Under the pieces are notes generated by a model. That model saw nothing but the letters and a program-made list of their open reading frames with translations, did no database searches and was not told the origin of the DNA. A stretch of 64,000 nucleotides of DNA from the NCBI GenBank assembly GCA_964514585.1, contig CAZETU010000002.1:129486-193485 (forward strand), read 5' to 3'. Shown piece after piece: positions 10,313-19,984 of the stretch (its first letter is position 1; every line of letters begins with the position of its first letter). Both the position numbers and the translations under genes were made by a program. The DNA is from Candidatus Woesearchaeota archaeon (GTDB taxonomy: Archaea > Nanobdellota > Nanobdellia > Pacearchaeales > GW2011-AR1).

Positions 10313-10387
10313 ATATATTTGGGGGTTTGTATAGGTATTACATCCCCGGTATGACGTAAGGAATGCCGGGAGTCTTTATTTTCTAAA

Positions 10388-10945
10388 ATGGTTAAGAAAC
10401 GTGCTATTGTTTTTGTTGACGGCAATAATTGGTATCATAATGTGAAGTCTGTTGTCGAAAAACCGCGGGCTATTGATTTTCAGAAGTTGGCGACTATGAT
10501 TGGCGAGCATTTTGATTTGGATATTGCTGGTATTCGTTATTATAATTCTACTCCGGACATAGGCTTGGGGGATGATAATTATTATAAGCATATGGTTTTT
10601 TTGGCGGGATTGAAGAAGAAGGGTTTTGAGGTTAATACGAATAAGTTGAAGAAGATTAAGGTGAACGGGAAAGTTGTTCGGGTTGAGAAGGGGATTGATG
10701 TTATGATTGCGACGGATATGATTAGTAAGACTTTGGTTGAGAGTGAGTGTGATTGTTGTGTTTTGATTTCTGGGGATAGTGACTTTGTTCCGGTTATGAG
10801 GTTGATTAAGAAATTTGGGAAGGAAGTTTTGACGGCTTCGGTTTTGAGGGGTTATGCTAGAGAGTTGTTGCAGGGTGAGTTTAGGTTTTGGATTTTGAAA
10901 AAGCAGGATGTGGTTAAAAGTTTTGGAGGGTATGATGGAAAGTGA
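10388..10945 (+). CDS. NYN/LabA-like (DUF88) domain protein
   Basis: IVFVDGNNWYH, GIDVMIATDM and ISGDSDFVPV are the acidic motifs of NYN/LabA nucleases. Confidence 0.75.
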   Translation: MVKKRAIVFVDGNNWYHNVKSVVEKPRAIDFQKLATMIGEHFDLDIAGIRYYNSTPDIGLGDDNYYKHMVFLAGLKKKGFEVNTNKLKKIKVNGKVVRVEKGIDVMIATDMISKTLVESECDCCVLISGDSDFVPVMRLIKKFGKEVLTASVLRGYARELLQGEFRFWILKKQDVVKSFGGYDGK

Positions 10946-11579
10946 AGAAATTAAAAAAGAAGAAACAGGGAATGAAGAAATTGAGAAAGAAATGGAGCAG
11001 GAAGTTGAGAAAGTTATAGAGAACGAGGAAGTGAAGGAGCAAGTTGAAGAAGTTGAGATGGATGAGAAGGCTATGGAAGCTGTTAAGGAAAAGGTTGTGG
11101 AGACTGTTGAGAAGATTGAGAAGAAGGTTGAGGAAGTTAAGAAAAAAGTTGCGAAGATTGAGAAGGTTAGAGCTAACTCTAAGAGGCCGAGTGAGCAGGA
11201 AAGAATAGAGGCTGATAATTTATTGGAGGAAGCGAGTGAGATTTTTGAGGGGTGTATAAAGTGCGGGATGTGTAAGTCGCTTTGTCCGGTTTTCAAGGCG
11301 TTGAGGGAGGAGTCGGTTAGTCCGAGGGGCCATGCGATTTTATTGTCGGATAAGATTTTGGATAAGGTTATTTTTGAGTGTAATTTGTGTCGGGCTTGTG
11401 AGAGGAAATGTCCTTTGAATATTAAAGTTTGTGAGGCTGTTTTGAAAGCTCGTGAGGCTGCTGTTTTGAAGGGGAAGGGTCTGAAGGAGAATGAGGAGAT
11501 GATTGAGAATATTCGTAAATCTGGAAATCCGTTTGGGGAAGGTGAAGTTAAGGATTTGGATAAGCTTTATTGTTGTTGA
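10932..11579 (+). CDS. 2x[4Fe-4S] ferredoxin-domain protein with a Glu/Lys-rich N-terminal extension (GlcF N-terminal-half-like)
   Basis: CIKCGMCKSLCP and CNLCRACERKCP cluster motifs, preceded by about 95 aa of E/K/V repeats. Start placed at the ATG at 10932 rather than 10908 to reduce overlap with the NYN gene. Confidence 0.65.
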   Translation: MMESEEIKKEETGNEEIEKEMEQEVEKVIENEEVKEQVEEVEMDEKAMEAVKEKVVETVEKIEKKVEEVKKKVAKIEKVRANSKRPSEQERIEADNLLEEASEIFEGCIKCGMCKSLCPVFKALREESVSPRGHAILLSDKILDKVIFECNLCRACERKCPLNIKVCEAVLKAREAAVLKGKGLKENEEMIENIRKSGNPFGEGEVKDLDKLYCC

Positions 11580-11950
11580 AGTGTTCTTATTTCTTGTTCA
11601 TGTTCTTCGAGTGCGGTATACCAAGGTTTGGATAATCTTTTGCCTATTGCTGGTAGGCATTGCCTGATGATTTCATATGCATGTTTTTCTGGTCCTTCAT
11701 CTCCTGTGTCTATTGCTCCATATGACATACCATCTAGAAATATCGAACATCTTTTTTCTGGGAGCATCTCAAGAATAGTTTCACAATTATGTCTATCATG
11801 TGGAGGTAATCCGTTCATTTCAATATCTATTAAATTTTCTTTGCTTTCTGCTAGTAGGTACACGGCTTCGAGGACTTCGCTTCTTGTGAATTCCCCTCCT
11901 TTTATGCCCTTGTCTAAATGTCTACTTATTTGTACAATTTTGCTTGTCAT
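11567..11950 (-). CDS. hypothetical protein (127 aa)
   Basis: ORF track only. Confidence 0.45.
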   Translation of the reverse strand: MTSKIVQISRHLDKGIKGGEFTRSEVLEAVYLLAESKENLIDIEMNGLPPHDRHNCETILEMLPEKRCSIFLDGMSYGAIDTGDEGPEKHAYEIIRQCLPAIGKRLSKPWYTALEEHEQEIRTLQQQ

Positions 11951-12102
11951 TTGAATTTAGAAGATTTATTGTACTTAAGTCTTTCTGTTTGTAGTTTTCT
12001 AGAGTAGTAACAATTTTATGTTAATTAATTGTGTGGTTTTGTGTTTGATAATGTATACTGCAGGATAATAATATTTATAACATTTCATTAGTGGTTGTTT
12101 TA

Positions 12103-12543
12103 ATGGCAAAGTATAAAGTTGTTTATGCTGATGGGGATTCTCAGAATGGATTGAAAGAGGCTGTTATGAGTGGATTGTCTGGTCCTTTTGATGTTGAATT
12201 TGCTGAAGAATTAACCTCGAGATTGGTTGATGATCTTCTGAGTCGCGATGAACTATTTGGGTTGGTTACTCATTTCCCAATTGGTGTACAAGGTGTTCTT
12301 ATGCCTTTTGGAGAGGGGGAAGCTAGTTCTTATGCAGGAGCTGCGCATTTGATAAGGACTTTACGGTGTGGTATATTGGGACCTATTGTTGTTTATACTG
12401 GTGCTGGAGGAGGTACTGGTGATGACTTTATGAAAGGTTTGATTACTGGTTCTGGAGCTAATGATATTGTGTTTAAGAATAATCTTGAGACAGATGTTTG
12501 GGAAATTAGGAGTAAAATGCTCGAATTAACAAGACGGTCTTAA
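12103..12543 (+). CDS. hypothetical protein (about 146 aa)
   Basis: ORF track. ATG at 12103 (MAKYKV) preferred over GTG at 12091. Confidence 0.45.
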   Translation: MAKYKVVYADGDSQNGLKEAVMSGLSGPFDVEFAEELTSRLVDDLLSRDELFGLVTHFPIGVQGVLMPFGEGEASSYAGAAHLIRTLRCGILGPIVVYTGAGGGTGDDFMKGLITGSGANDIVFKNNLETDVWEIRSKMLELTRRS

Positions 12544-14228
12544 TTATGTGCGAACCAGAATTCTAATTTGTTTTTGTATTTTTTGTGTAGTCTTACGAAA
12601 CCGAATCTTTCGAATTGGATTGTTGTTCCGATTTTGAGCTTTTCTAGTTCGTGTTCTCCGGTTCCTTTTATGATTTCTCCGTTGGTCATCATGATTTCTA
12701 CTAGGATATTTTTGTCTGAGACTGGGAGCCAGTGGATGAATTTTGTTTCTAACTTATTATCTGGTTCTTCGGATGTGAATGAATAGATTCGTGGTTTTAG
12801 TCTGTCGATTTTTTCAGATTTGAAATTTAATAGATGCATTAATCTGTAGTTTCCGTCTATCATATTTTCCGCGTCTTGTCCTGCGATTAGGAAATCTTGC
12901 ATTGTTTTGTATGTCCTGTGTCCTAGTTTGCCATTTGGGTGGAGTGGGAGTTTTGCGGTTAGGGCTGGGCATCCACTGATGTGTATTTTTAGAGGGTTTT
13001 CTACGAAGAAATATCTGGGGGATTCTTCGAGGATTTTTTTGTTTAAAGTATAGAGGACGTCAATTGGTACTTTGATGCTCGTTTTTTTAATTCCCATGTT
13101 TAGGATGAATTGCCTGATTGCTTCTGGTGAGATTCCTCGGTCTCTTAGAGATTGTATTGACCAAGTTCTGGGGTCATTCCATCCGGTGTAGGTTCCAGAG
13201 TTTACTTCTTGGGCGCCTTTTGATTTTGAGATTTTTACGCCTTCTAATGCAAAGTGGCCGTTGTAGATGACTTCTGGATGATCCCAACCGAAAATGTCCC
13301 AGATGAATTTTTCGACTCTTGTCTCGATTGCTAATTCCATTCCTCTGAGGATGTGGGTAATCCCAAGTAGGTGGTCGTCGATTGCCCATGAGAAATCTAG
13401 AAGTGGGTATACTCTGTATTTTGTTCCGAGTTTTGCGTGAGGTCTGTCTGAAATTCTGAACATGATTCTGTCTCTGAATGCTGGGTCTGAATCTTGTATA
13501 TTTGTTTTGAGCCTGACACACATTGAGCCTTCTGGAGCTTTGAACATTTCCTTCCATCTATTAAATTGTTTTTCTTCATCGAATTGTCGACAAGAGCATT
13601 CAATACCTAGTGCCTTATTTTCTCTCATTTTCTCTTGTTCGCAATCGCAAACGTACATATAGCCTTTTTTTATCATTTCTTCTGCGTAGGAATAATATTT
13701 TTCGATTCGGTCTGATTTATAAATTATTTTTTTATCGTGCTTCACTTCGAGCCAGTTTATTGCTTCTTCGATTAATTTGTAGGCTTTTGGTTCGATTGGT
13801 TTTGCGATGGAGCCGATTGTGTCGTCCATTACTATTATTAGTTTCCCGTCGTATGTTTTGCAGTATTCGTCGTTTAGAAGTAGAGTTCTGGCGTTTCCGA
13901 TGTGTAAGGGGCCCGAGGGGAATGGGGCAAATCGCATTACGACTTTTCCTTCTTTTGCGTTGGGTAAATCTGGAAGACCGTCTCTGATTTCTCTTTTGCT
14001 TGGTTTTCTTTCGACTTTAATGAATTCTTTTTTTTGTTTTTCTAAATCCATTGAGTTTACTTCTCTGATAACTTGCTGGATTTTTTGGATGTAGTCTTTG
14101 ATTTCGGATTTTTGTAAACCTTCTGCGAAGAGGCCTGCTAGGACTGCGTTTTGGTTTGCGGTGCCGTTGTACTTGATTGCGTTTTCTAGTGCGTAGGCTT
14201 TGATGGTTTCGTAAGGTATTTCTAGCAT
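12540..14228 (-). CDS. gltX: glutamyl-tRNA synthetase, archaeal/eukaryal type
   Basis: HIGH-type motif (PSGPLHIGNAR) and KMSKS-type motif (VKISKSKG). The 562-aa length and C-terminal beta-barrel region are typical of archaeal GluRS. Confidence 0.9.
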   Translation of the reverse strand: MLEIPYETIKAYALENAIKYNGTANQNAVLAGLFAEGLQKSEIKDYIQKIQQVIREVNSMDLEKQKKEFIKVERKPSKREIRDGLPDLPNAKEGKVVMRFAPFPSGPLHIGNARTLLLNDEYCKTYDGKLIIVMDDTIGSIAKPIEPKAYKLIEEAINWLEVKHDKKIIYKSDRIEKYYSYAEEMIKKGYMYVCDCEQEKMRENKALGIECSCRQFDEEKQFNRWKEMFKAPEGSMCVRLKTNIQDSDPAFRDRIMFRISDRPHAKLGTKYRVYPLLDFSWAIDDHLLGITHILRGMELAIETRVEKFIWDIFGWDHPEVIYNGHFALEGVKISKSKGAQEVNSGTYTGWNDPRTWSIQSLRDRGISPEAIRQFILNMGIKKTSIKVPIDVLYTLNKKILEESPRYFFVENPLKIHISGCPALTAKLPLHPNGKLGHRTYKTMQDFLIAGQDAENMIDGNYRLMHLLNFKSEKIDRLKPRIYSFTSEEPDNKLETKFIHWLPVSDKNILVEIMMTNGEIIKGTGEHELEKLKIGTTIQFERFGFVRLHKKYKNKLEFWFAHN

Positions 14229-14259
14229 AGTATAGAGAAGATGTCGGGGGTTTTAAATT

Positions 14260-14619
14260 TTACCAACCGATTAGTCCTGGGCTTGATTCTGAGGGTTTAT
14301 TTACATCCAGTTTTCTTTCGAGAAGTTCGATTCTTTGTTCGAGTTTGTAGATTTTGTTATCGAGTGTAGTCATCTTGGCGTCGACTTCTCTTTTGTTGTA
14401 GCCGTCTGATTGTGTAGAGAATGAGTTTTCGGTTGGGGTCATGTTGAATAGTTCTGCGTTTGACGATGTTTCTGGTTGTGGGTTTTGAGATGTTGCGCCT
14501 AATTCTACGAATCCGTTGTCGTCTGTTGAAACTACAATGTCTTTTTTTGGGATTCTTACGACGCCTCTTCTTTGGAGTTCTCTAACGTCGATCATTCTTT
14601 TTTTCTTGCCGAAGATCAT
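14260..14619 (-). CDS. hypothetical protein with a C-terminal coiled coil (119 aa)
   Basis: ORF track. Heptad-like LDNKIYKLEQRIELLERKL at the C-terminus. Confidence 0.5.
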   Translation of the reverse strand: MIFGKKKRMIDVRELQRRGVVRIPKKDIVVSTDDNGFVELGATSQNPQPETSSNAELFNMTPTENSFSTQSDGYNKREVDAKMTTLDNKIYKLEQRIELLERKLDVNKPSESSPGLIGW

Positions 14620-14690
14620 GGTTGGGTTAGAGTATCTATTTATTTAAAGTTTGGCGTTAATATTAAATACTGGTTTTGGATTGATATTTT

Positions 14691-16307
14691 ATGGGGTTAG
14701 AAGTTGAGGCTGATGATAGCGTGAAGGATATTAGGAATGCGATTAAGGAGGTTATGATGAAGGCTCATAAGTCTGGGGAGTTGGCTAAATCTGAGCAGTA
14801 TGATTTTGATTCTAATGGTTTTAAGCCGGTGAATTCTTTGAAGATGACTTTTGATTCGCAGCAGGCGCAGTTGGAGCCGATTTATTATTGGTTGTTGGAT
14901 TTTGTTCAGGATGCTGGTTGGAGCATGGAGAAGACAATTGATAATTTTATGTCGAGTCCGGGTGGTGGACATTTTTCTGAGATGGGAGGGAAGGCGACGC
15001 GGATGCAAGAAGAGGGAATGAAGATCCTTGGTGGTTTGAATCAGGTTGTGAAGTCGGCTTTGAATTTGGTTTATGATTTGAAGGAGTTTGAGATGAGACT
15101 TGAGCATTATGACGATGCTAAGAGTGAGAATAAGCAGAAGAAGGAGAATGGGATGTTGGCGTTGAAACAGATTTGGTTGGATAATGTTGACTTGAAGAGG
15201 GGACGTGGGTCGATTCATCAGATGGCGGCTGAACTTGGTTTTACGACGATAAGGGAGGCTTTTATGATGTCGGATTCTATCGAAGAATTGAAGAAGTTGA
15301 ATGACGACGATGAAGGTGGCATTATTAATGATCAGGTTATGAGAATTTTGCAGCCGCGGATTGATGAGTTTTTGAAGTGGGTTAGATATTCTGAGTCTGA
15401 GTTGCGTAAGAGGATGAAGATTGAGAAGAGTTATTTGAAGTCGCAGGTTGAGACGATAAAGATGTATTCGCAGTGGATGAAACCTTATTTGGAGGCGGCC
15501 GAGAAATTGAGGCAAAAGGGGTTTGATAAGAGTGCGGCTTTAGTGAATGCGTTTAGTACTTCGATGTTTCAGTTGCAACTTTTTGGGACAAAGAAATTTA
15601 AGATAGATGATTTGAGTTTGCCGGATAGGGATAGATTTGAGAAGTATGAGTCGCGGAGAAACTATAATCAGGTGATTGTGATTGGGTTTGTTTATCGAGG
15701 GCATGTTTCGCAGAGGGTGACTCAGAAAGGGGACTACGGGTTTGCGATGGGAGGAAGGATTGATATGACTTTTGATGCTTATGCTTTGAATGATGATGAG
15801 TTGGCTTTGGCTAAGAATAATATGGAGGAAGAAGATGTTTTGAAGAGCATGGAGTTTTCTGGGGATGTTGCAGCTGAGTCTTTGGCTGTGTTGAAAGAGG
15901 ATTTGGATTATTTTTTGAAGAGTGATGAGGAAAAGGAGAAAGACGAGGAGGAAAGGAAAAAGAAAGAAGGAGAAAAGAAAGAGGCGCAGAATATTGATCC
16001 GTTTAGTGCTTTGTTTGGTGTGTTTTTTAGGAAGAAAGATAAAAAGAAAAAGGGGAAGGATAAGGTGATTGAGAAACCGGAGGATATTGATAAGGATAAT
16101 TTTGTTGAGAAGATGATGAGGGCTAATGCGGCTAGTAGTGCTTCTGGTTGGTTGTATACTGTTTATGATATTTATAAGAAGGCTCACGGAATGGCTTCTG
16201 CTCCTGGGGAGGGTTTTGATGGTGCTGATATGGGAGTTTTGGAAGGAGAGAAAGAAGGTGGCGGTGTTGGATTTAAGGATATTTTTAAGGGTACACCTAA
16301 GGGTTAG
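14691..16307 (+). CDS. hypothetical protein (538 aa), K/E-rich C-terminal third
   Basis: Long clean ORF with backbone composition. No family recognised by eye. Confidence 0.6.
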   Translation: MGLEVEADDSVKDIRNAIKEVMMKAHKSGELAKSEQYDFDSNGFKPVNSLKMTFDSQQAQLEPIYYWLLDFVQDAGWSMEKTIDNFMSSPGGGHFSEMGGKATRMQEEGMKILGGLNQVVKSALNLVYDLKEFEMRLEHYDDAKSENKQKKENGMLALKQIWLDNVDLKRGRGSIHQMAAELGFTTIREAFMMSDSIEELKKLNDDDEGGIINDQVMRILQPRIDEFLKWVRYSESELRKRMKIEKSYLKSQVETIKMYSQWMKPYLEAAEKLRQKGFDKSAALVNAFSTSMFQLQLFGTKKFKIDDLSLPDRDRFEKYESRRNYNQVIVIGFVYRGHVSQRVTQKGDYGFAMGGRIDMTFDAYALNDDELALAKNNMEEEDVLKSMEFSGDVAAESLAVLKEDLDYFLKSDEEKEKDEEERKKKEGEKKEAQNIDPFSALFGVFFRKKDKKKKGKDKVIEKPEDIDKDNFVEKMMRANAASSASGWLYTVYDIYKKAHGMASAPGEGFDGADMGVLEGEKEGGGVGFKDIFKGTPKG

Positions 16308-16341
16308 AAAAGTAAATAAAGTTGGTTTCTATTAAATTATT

Positions 16342-17007
16342 ATGGATGAAGAAGAAAAGAAGGCTCTTGCTGATGAGTTGGCTAAGAAGTTAGTTGAGTC
16401 CCGAGGGGATGACTCTGGTGAGCCCGAAGAGAAGGGAGAGGAATTAGATGAGTCTGAGGAAGAGGAGTATAAGGATGAGTTTTTGGAAGAGCCCACGGAT
16501 GATGCTGATGAGTTTTTGGAAGAGCCCACGGATGATGTTAGTGATTTTTCTGTGACTGATACGATTTTGTCGTCGGGGGAGTCTAGTGAGGATTGGGGTC
16601 CTAGGGAATTGGAGGATGTTGTTGGTCGGGAGAAACTTGATAAGCATGATGATGATTCTAGGGGTGGGGATTTTTATAAGGAGGCTGCTGGCGGGGATTT
16701 TTATGATGCAACAGCGAATGGTACCAATGTATATTTAGAGGGAAGTCATGGAGGGGATTTTTATCAGGATTCTAGTAAGGGTAATGATTTGTATGGTCCT
16801 TCTGGTGGGCAGGAACTTTATAATGAAGGTAAAGGTGATGGTAAGTTTTATGATCCGAGAATTGAAGCTAGCGGGAGAGCTCATGACGAGGTTCGAAGTG
16901 CCGATAGGTCTAAACTTGAGATTACCGGTTTACAGAAGGGATTCGGGCGTATTGCGAAAGAGGGTGGGCGAGATAAAAGAGACAATGAATATCGTGCTGC
17001 AGCTTAG
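16342..17007 (+). CDS. acidic repeat protein (221 aa)
   Basis: DEFLEEPTDD duplicated. At least four GGDFY-like short repeats (GGDFY, GNDLY, GQELY, DGKFY). Confidence 0.55.
   Translation: MDEEEKKALADELAKKLVESRGDDSGEPEEKGEELDESEEEEYKDEFLEEPTDDADEFLEEPTDDVSDFSVTDTILSSGESSEDWGPRELEDVVGREKLDKHDDDSRGGDFYKEAAGGDFYDATANGTNVYLEGSHGGDFYQDSSKGNDLYGPSGGQELYNEGKGDGKFYDPRIEASGRAHDEVRSADRSKLEITGLQKGFGRIAKEGGRDKRDNEYRAAA
16474..16539 (+). repeat. 2 x 33 bp tandem duplication inside the acidic-protein gene
   Basis: gatgagtttttggaagagcccacggatgatgct followed directly by gatgagtttttggaagagcccacggatgatgtt. One mismatch. Confidence 0.9.
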
Positions 17008-17048
17008 TTAGTTTTAAATAATAATTATTGTTAATAGTTTTAGGTGAT

Positions 17049-18959
17049 ATGGCATACGGTACGAGTTATGAGAATTTTTATGATGGGGGTGTGACCTCTC
17101 TTAGTCCTGAGTATGGGAATTTTACTGGTTATAGAATGACGGCGAATCAGTTGGGATTTCCGGGGTCTGCTCAGACGGCGAATCAGTTGGGTGAGACTGT
17201 TAATGCTTTGAAACAGGGGGTTAAGGCTTTTGAGGTTACACTGGTTATGCCGGATACTGCGGAAGTTATTCCTAAACAGCATTTTAAAGAGATGCGGGCT
17301 TTAATGAAGCTTTCGGGGGTTAAACCTTCTGTCCACGGTCCAGTTGTCGATGCTTCTGGTTTTACTGAGAAAGGGTGGGGCGGAGATATTACTAGAGCTG
17401 ATAATGAGAGGCGTATGTTTGATGCAATTGAAAAGGCGAAAATCATAGATCCTAAGGGAAATATTCCGATTGTTTTTCATTCGACGAATGGGATTCCCGG
17501 GATGGAATATGTGCCTGGGGATGAGAAGAAAGGCGAGAAGAGATTTGAACCAGAGAAGACCTTTGCGATTAATCAAGAGACTAAACAGATGGCGCCCTTG
17601 GAGAAGGAGTATAAGTATCGGCCTGGTAAGGTTAGTACTTTGGATGCTAATGAGGGGAAGGGTAAGTTGTTTTCTTTGCCGGCTCAGTTGAATTCGATTA
17701 ATACTACGGAGTGGGAGAATAAGATGACAGAGCTGGCTACTTTTAATAAGCATGCAGATGAAGTAATTGGTCCTTCTGCGATTTCTTTGAGGGAGAAGTA
17801 TCAAAATGCGATTGCTTTGAAAGATGGGTTTTATGAGTATGATGAGAGAGGGATGCCTACTAAAAAGTTGGATGATCCTAATGATAGACAAAAGAGTGAT
17901 TATAATCGAATGAAAAAGGCAGATATTTTTCTAGATAATGTTGAGTTGAATTTTAATTCTGCTTTTCATAAGGCTTATAAATATGGTACTGGTAAGCAAA
18001 AAGATATGTTGAGAGAGTTGGCTAATAATTATGAAAAGGCGCAGGGGTCTTTGCATCCTGATGCTGTTTTGAATCCTTTTTTTAAGCGTGAGATTTTGAG
18101 TGGCGCTATTGAGAATTTACAGGAAATAACGAAGGAGAGGCGGATTATTAGAAATGGAAGGGCTATTGAAGATGAGGATTATGGGGCTCCTAAGATTTTT
18201 ATGGAGGTTGAGGATTTTGCTAAGGACAAGGCTGCGACTACTTTTGGGAATTTGGCGATGAGATCTTATAAGGAATATGGCGATAAGGCTCCGGTTATTG
18301 CTATTGAGAATATGTATCAGGGAATGGCTTTTTCTAAGGCTGATGATTTGAGGGAATTGGTTGAGAAGTCAAGGGATAAGTTTGCTAGTCAGTTGATTAA
18401 GGAAAAGGGTTTGACTGAAAGTGAGGCCAAGGAGGCTGCCGAGAAGCATTTGGGTGTTACTTGGGATGTTGGGCATTTGAATATTATGAAGAAGAAGGGT
18501 TTTACTGATAAGGATGTTGTCGAGGAGACTAAGAAGATTAGGCCGCTAGTTAAGCATATTCATTTGACTGATAATTTTGGTTTTGGGGATTCACATTTGG
18601 CGCCTGGGATGGGGAATGTTCCGTTTAAGGAAATTATGACAGAGCTTGAGAAGAATGGTGATTTTAAGAGTATGAGGAAGATTGTTGAGGCTCCGGGTTT
18701 TGTTCAGCATTTTAAGAAATCTCCGCATCCTTCGACGATGTCTGCTTTTGGTTCTGGGATTTATAGTATGAAGCAGGGGCCTACTTGGAATCAGGCGATG
18801 GATATTGTTGGACCGTATTTTGCTGGGTATGGGACTGTGGATCCTCAGCAACATCATTCGATGTACGGGTCGGGGTTTACTACTATGCCGGTTGAGTTTG
18901 GCGGGATGATGCCTGGTGCTGGTGGGCAGTCTAGATTTGGCGGGACGCCGATGGCTTAG
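17049..18959 (+). CDS. xylose-isomerase-like TIM-barrel (sugar phosphate isomerase/epimerase fold) protein with a large insertion
   Basis: VIAIENMYQG, WDVGHLN and HIHLTDNFGFGDSHLAPGMGNVPF resemble the metal-binding strands of the AP-endonuclease-2/xylose-isomerase-like fold. The N-terminal half of the barrel lies about 230 aa upstream. Start placed at the ATG at 17049. Confidence 0.6.
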   Translation: MAYGTSYENFYDGGVTSLSPEYGNFTGYRMTANQLGFPGSAQTANQLGETVNALKQGVKAFEVTLVMPDTAEVIPKQHFKEMRALMKLSGVKPSVHGPVVDASGFTEKGWGGDITRADNERRMFDAIEKAKIIDPKGNIPIVFHSTNGIPGMEYVPGDEKKGEKRFEPEKTFAINQETKQMAPLEKEYKYRPGKVSTLDANEGKGKLFSLPAQLNSINTTEWENKMTELATFNKHADEVIGPSAISLREKYQNAIALKDGFYEYDERGMPTKKLDDPNDRQKSDYNRMKKADIFLDNVELNFNSAFHKAYKYGTGKQKDMLRELANNYEKAQGSLHPDAVLNPFFKREILSGAIENLQEITKERRIIRNGRAIEDEDYGAPKIFMEVEDFAKDKAATTFGNLAMRSYKEYGDKAPVIAIENMYQGMAFSKADDLRELVEKSRDKFASQLIKEKGLTESEAKEAAEKHLGVTWDVGHLNIMKKKGFTDKDVVEETKKIRPLVKHIHLTDNFGFGDSHLAPGMGNVPFKEIMTELEKNGDFKSMRKIVEAPGFVQHFKKSPHPSTMSAFGSGIYSMKQGPTWNQAMDIVGPYFAGYGTVDPQQHHSMYGSGFTTMPVEFGGMMPGAGGQSRFGGTPMA

Positions 18960-19091
18960 AGTCAACATTTTTGCTGGTGAAAAAATCGTTGGGTGAGCTC
19001 TGTAGAGTTCGTAGGAATAATTTCCAAGGGTAAATCTTGTACGTTATCTTCATTGGGCGGGGAAGGTTTTATAAAATATAATTACTATTGA

Positions 19092-19958
19092 TTGGTGAAA
19101 GAGATGGTAGAAAAAAAGGAAAAGAAAGGTGTTTCTAAGAAGAAGTCTAAAGAGAAGAGTGCTTTTCCGACTTTGGGGCTTGTTGGGGAGCGTGAGATTG
19201 CTAGTGATTTTGCTTTGAAGGTTTATGAGAAATTTGATCAAATGATTAAATCTGTCGTTTTGTTTGGGTCTTCAGCTAAGAAGGTTTCGACACCTGATTC
19301 GGATATTGATATTGTGATTATTATTGATGATGTTTCTGTTGTGTGGGATCAGGAGTTGATTGCTTGGTATCGTGAAGAGTTAGGGAAATTGATTCAGGTA
19401 AATCCTTATCGGAAGTCGTTGCATATTAATTCCGTGAAGTTGTCGACGTGGTGGGATGATATGATGAGGGGAGATCCTGTCGTTATTAATATTTTGAGAT
19501 ATGGTGATGCGTTGATTGATTTTGGTGGTTTTTTTAATCCGTTGAGGGTTTTATTGAAACAGGGAAAAATTCGTTCTACTCCAGAATCGATTTATACTCT
19601 TTTGGAGAGGGCGCCGACTCATATGACTCGGGCTAGGCAGTCTATGTTGGCTGTTGTTGATGGGCTTTATTGGACGATGGTTGATAGTGCTCATGCGGCT
19701 TTGATTGCTGCTCAGATTATGCCTTCGTCGCCTGAGGAAATTCCCAAGGTTTTGAGTAGAGAGTTTGTTAAGATCAAGGTTTTGGATAAGAAGTATGTTA
19801 CTTATTATGAGGAGATTCATTCTGTTGCTAAGCAAATTATTCATGGGAAGTTGACGTCTATTCGAGGGAAGGATCTTGATGAAATGTTTGTTAAGGCTGA
19901 CGAATTTCTTAGAGAGATGTCAAAGTTAGTTGATGATTTGATTGATACTCAATCTTAG
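19092..19958 (+). CDS. Pol-beta-superfamily nucleotidyltransferase-domain protein
   Basis: LFGSSAKKVSTPDSDIDIVIIIDD (G-S ... D-x-D). The track start is TTG at 19092, and an ATG at 19104 is an alternative. Paralogous to the core of 37164..39023. Confidence 0.7.
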   Translation: MVKEMVEKKEKKGVSKKKSKEKSAFPTLGLVGEREIASDFALKVYEKFDQMIKSVVLFGSSAKKVSTPDSDIDIVIIIDDVSVVWDQELIAWYREELGKLIQVNPYRKSLHINSVKLSTWWDDMMRGDPVVINILRYGDALIDFGGFFNPLRVLLKQGKIRSTPESIYTLLERAPTHMTRARQSMLAVVDGLYWTMVDSAHAALIAAQIMPSSPEEIPKVLSREFVKIKVLDKKYVTYYEEIHSVAKQIIHGKLTSIRGKDLDEMFVKADEFLREMSKLVDDLIDTQS

Positions 19959-19984
19959 AATTCTTGGAAATAAAAAATAAAAAA

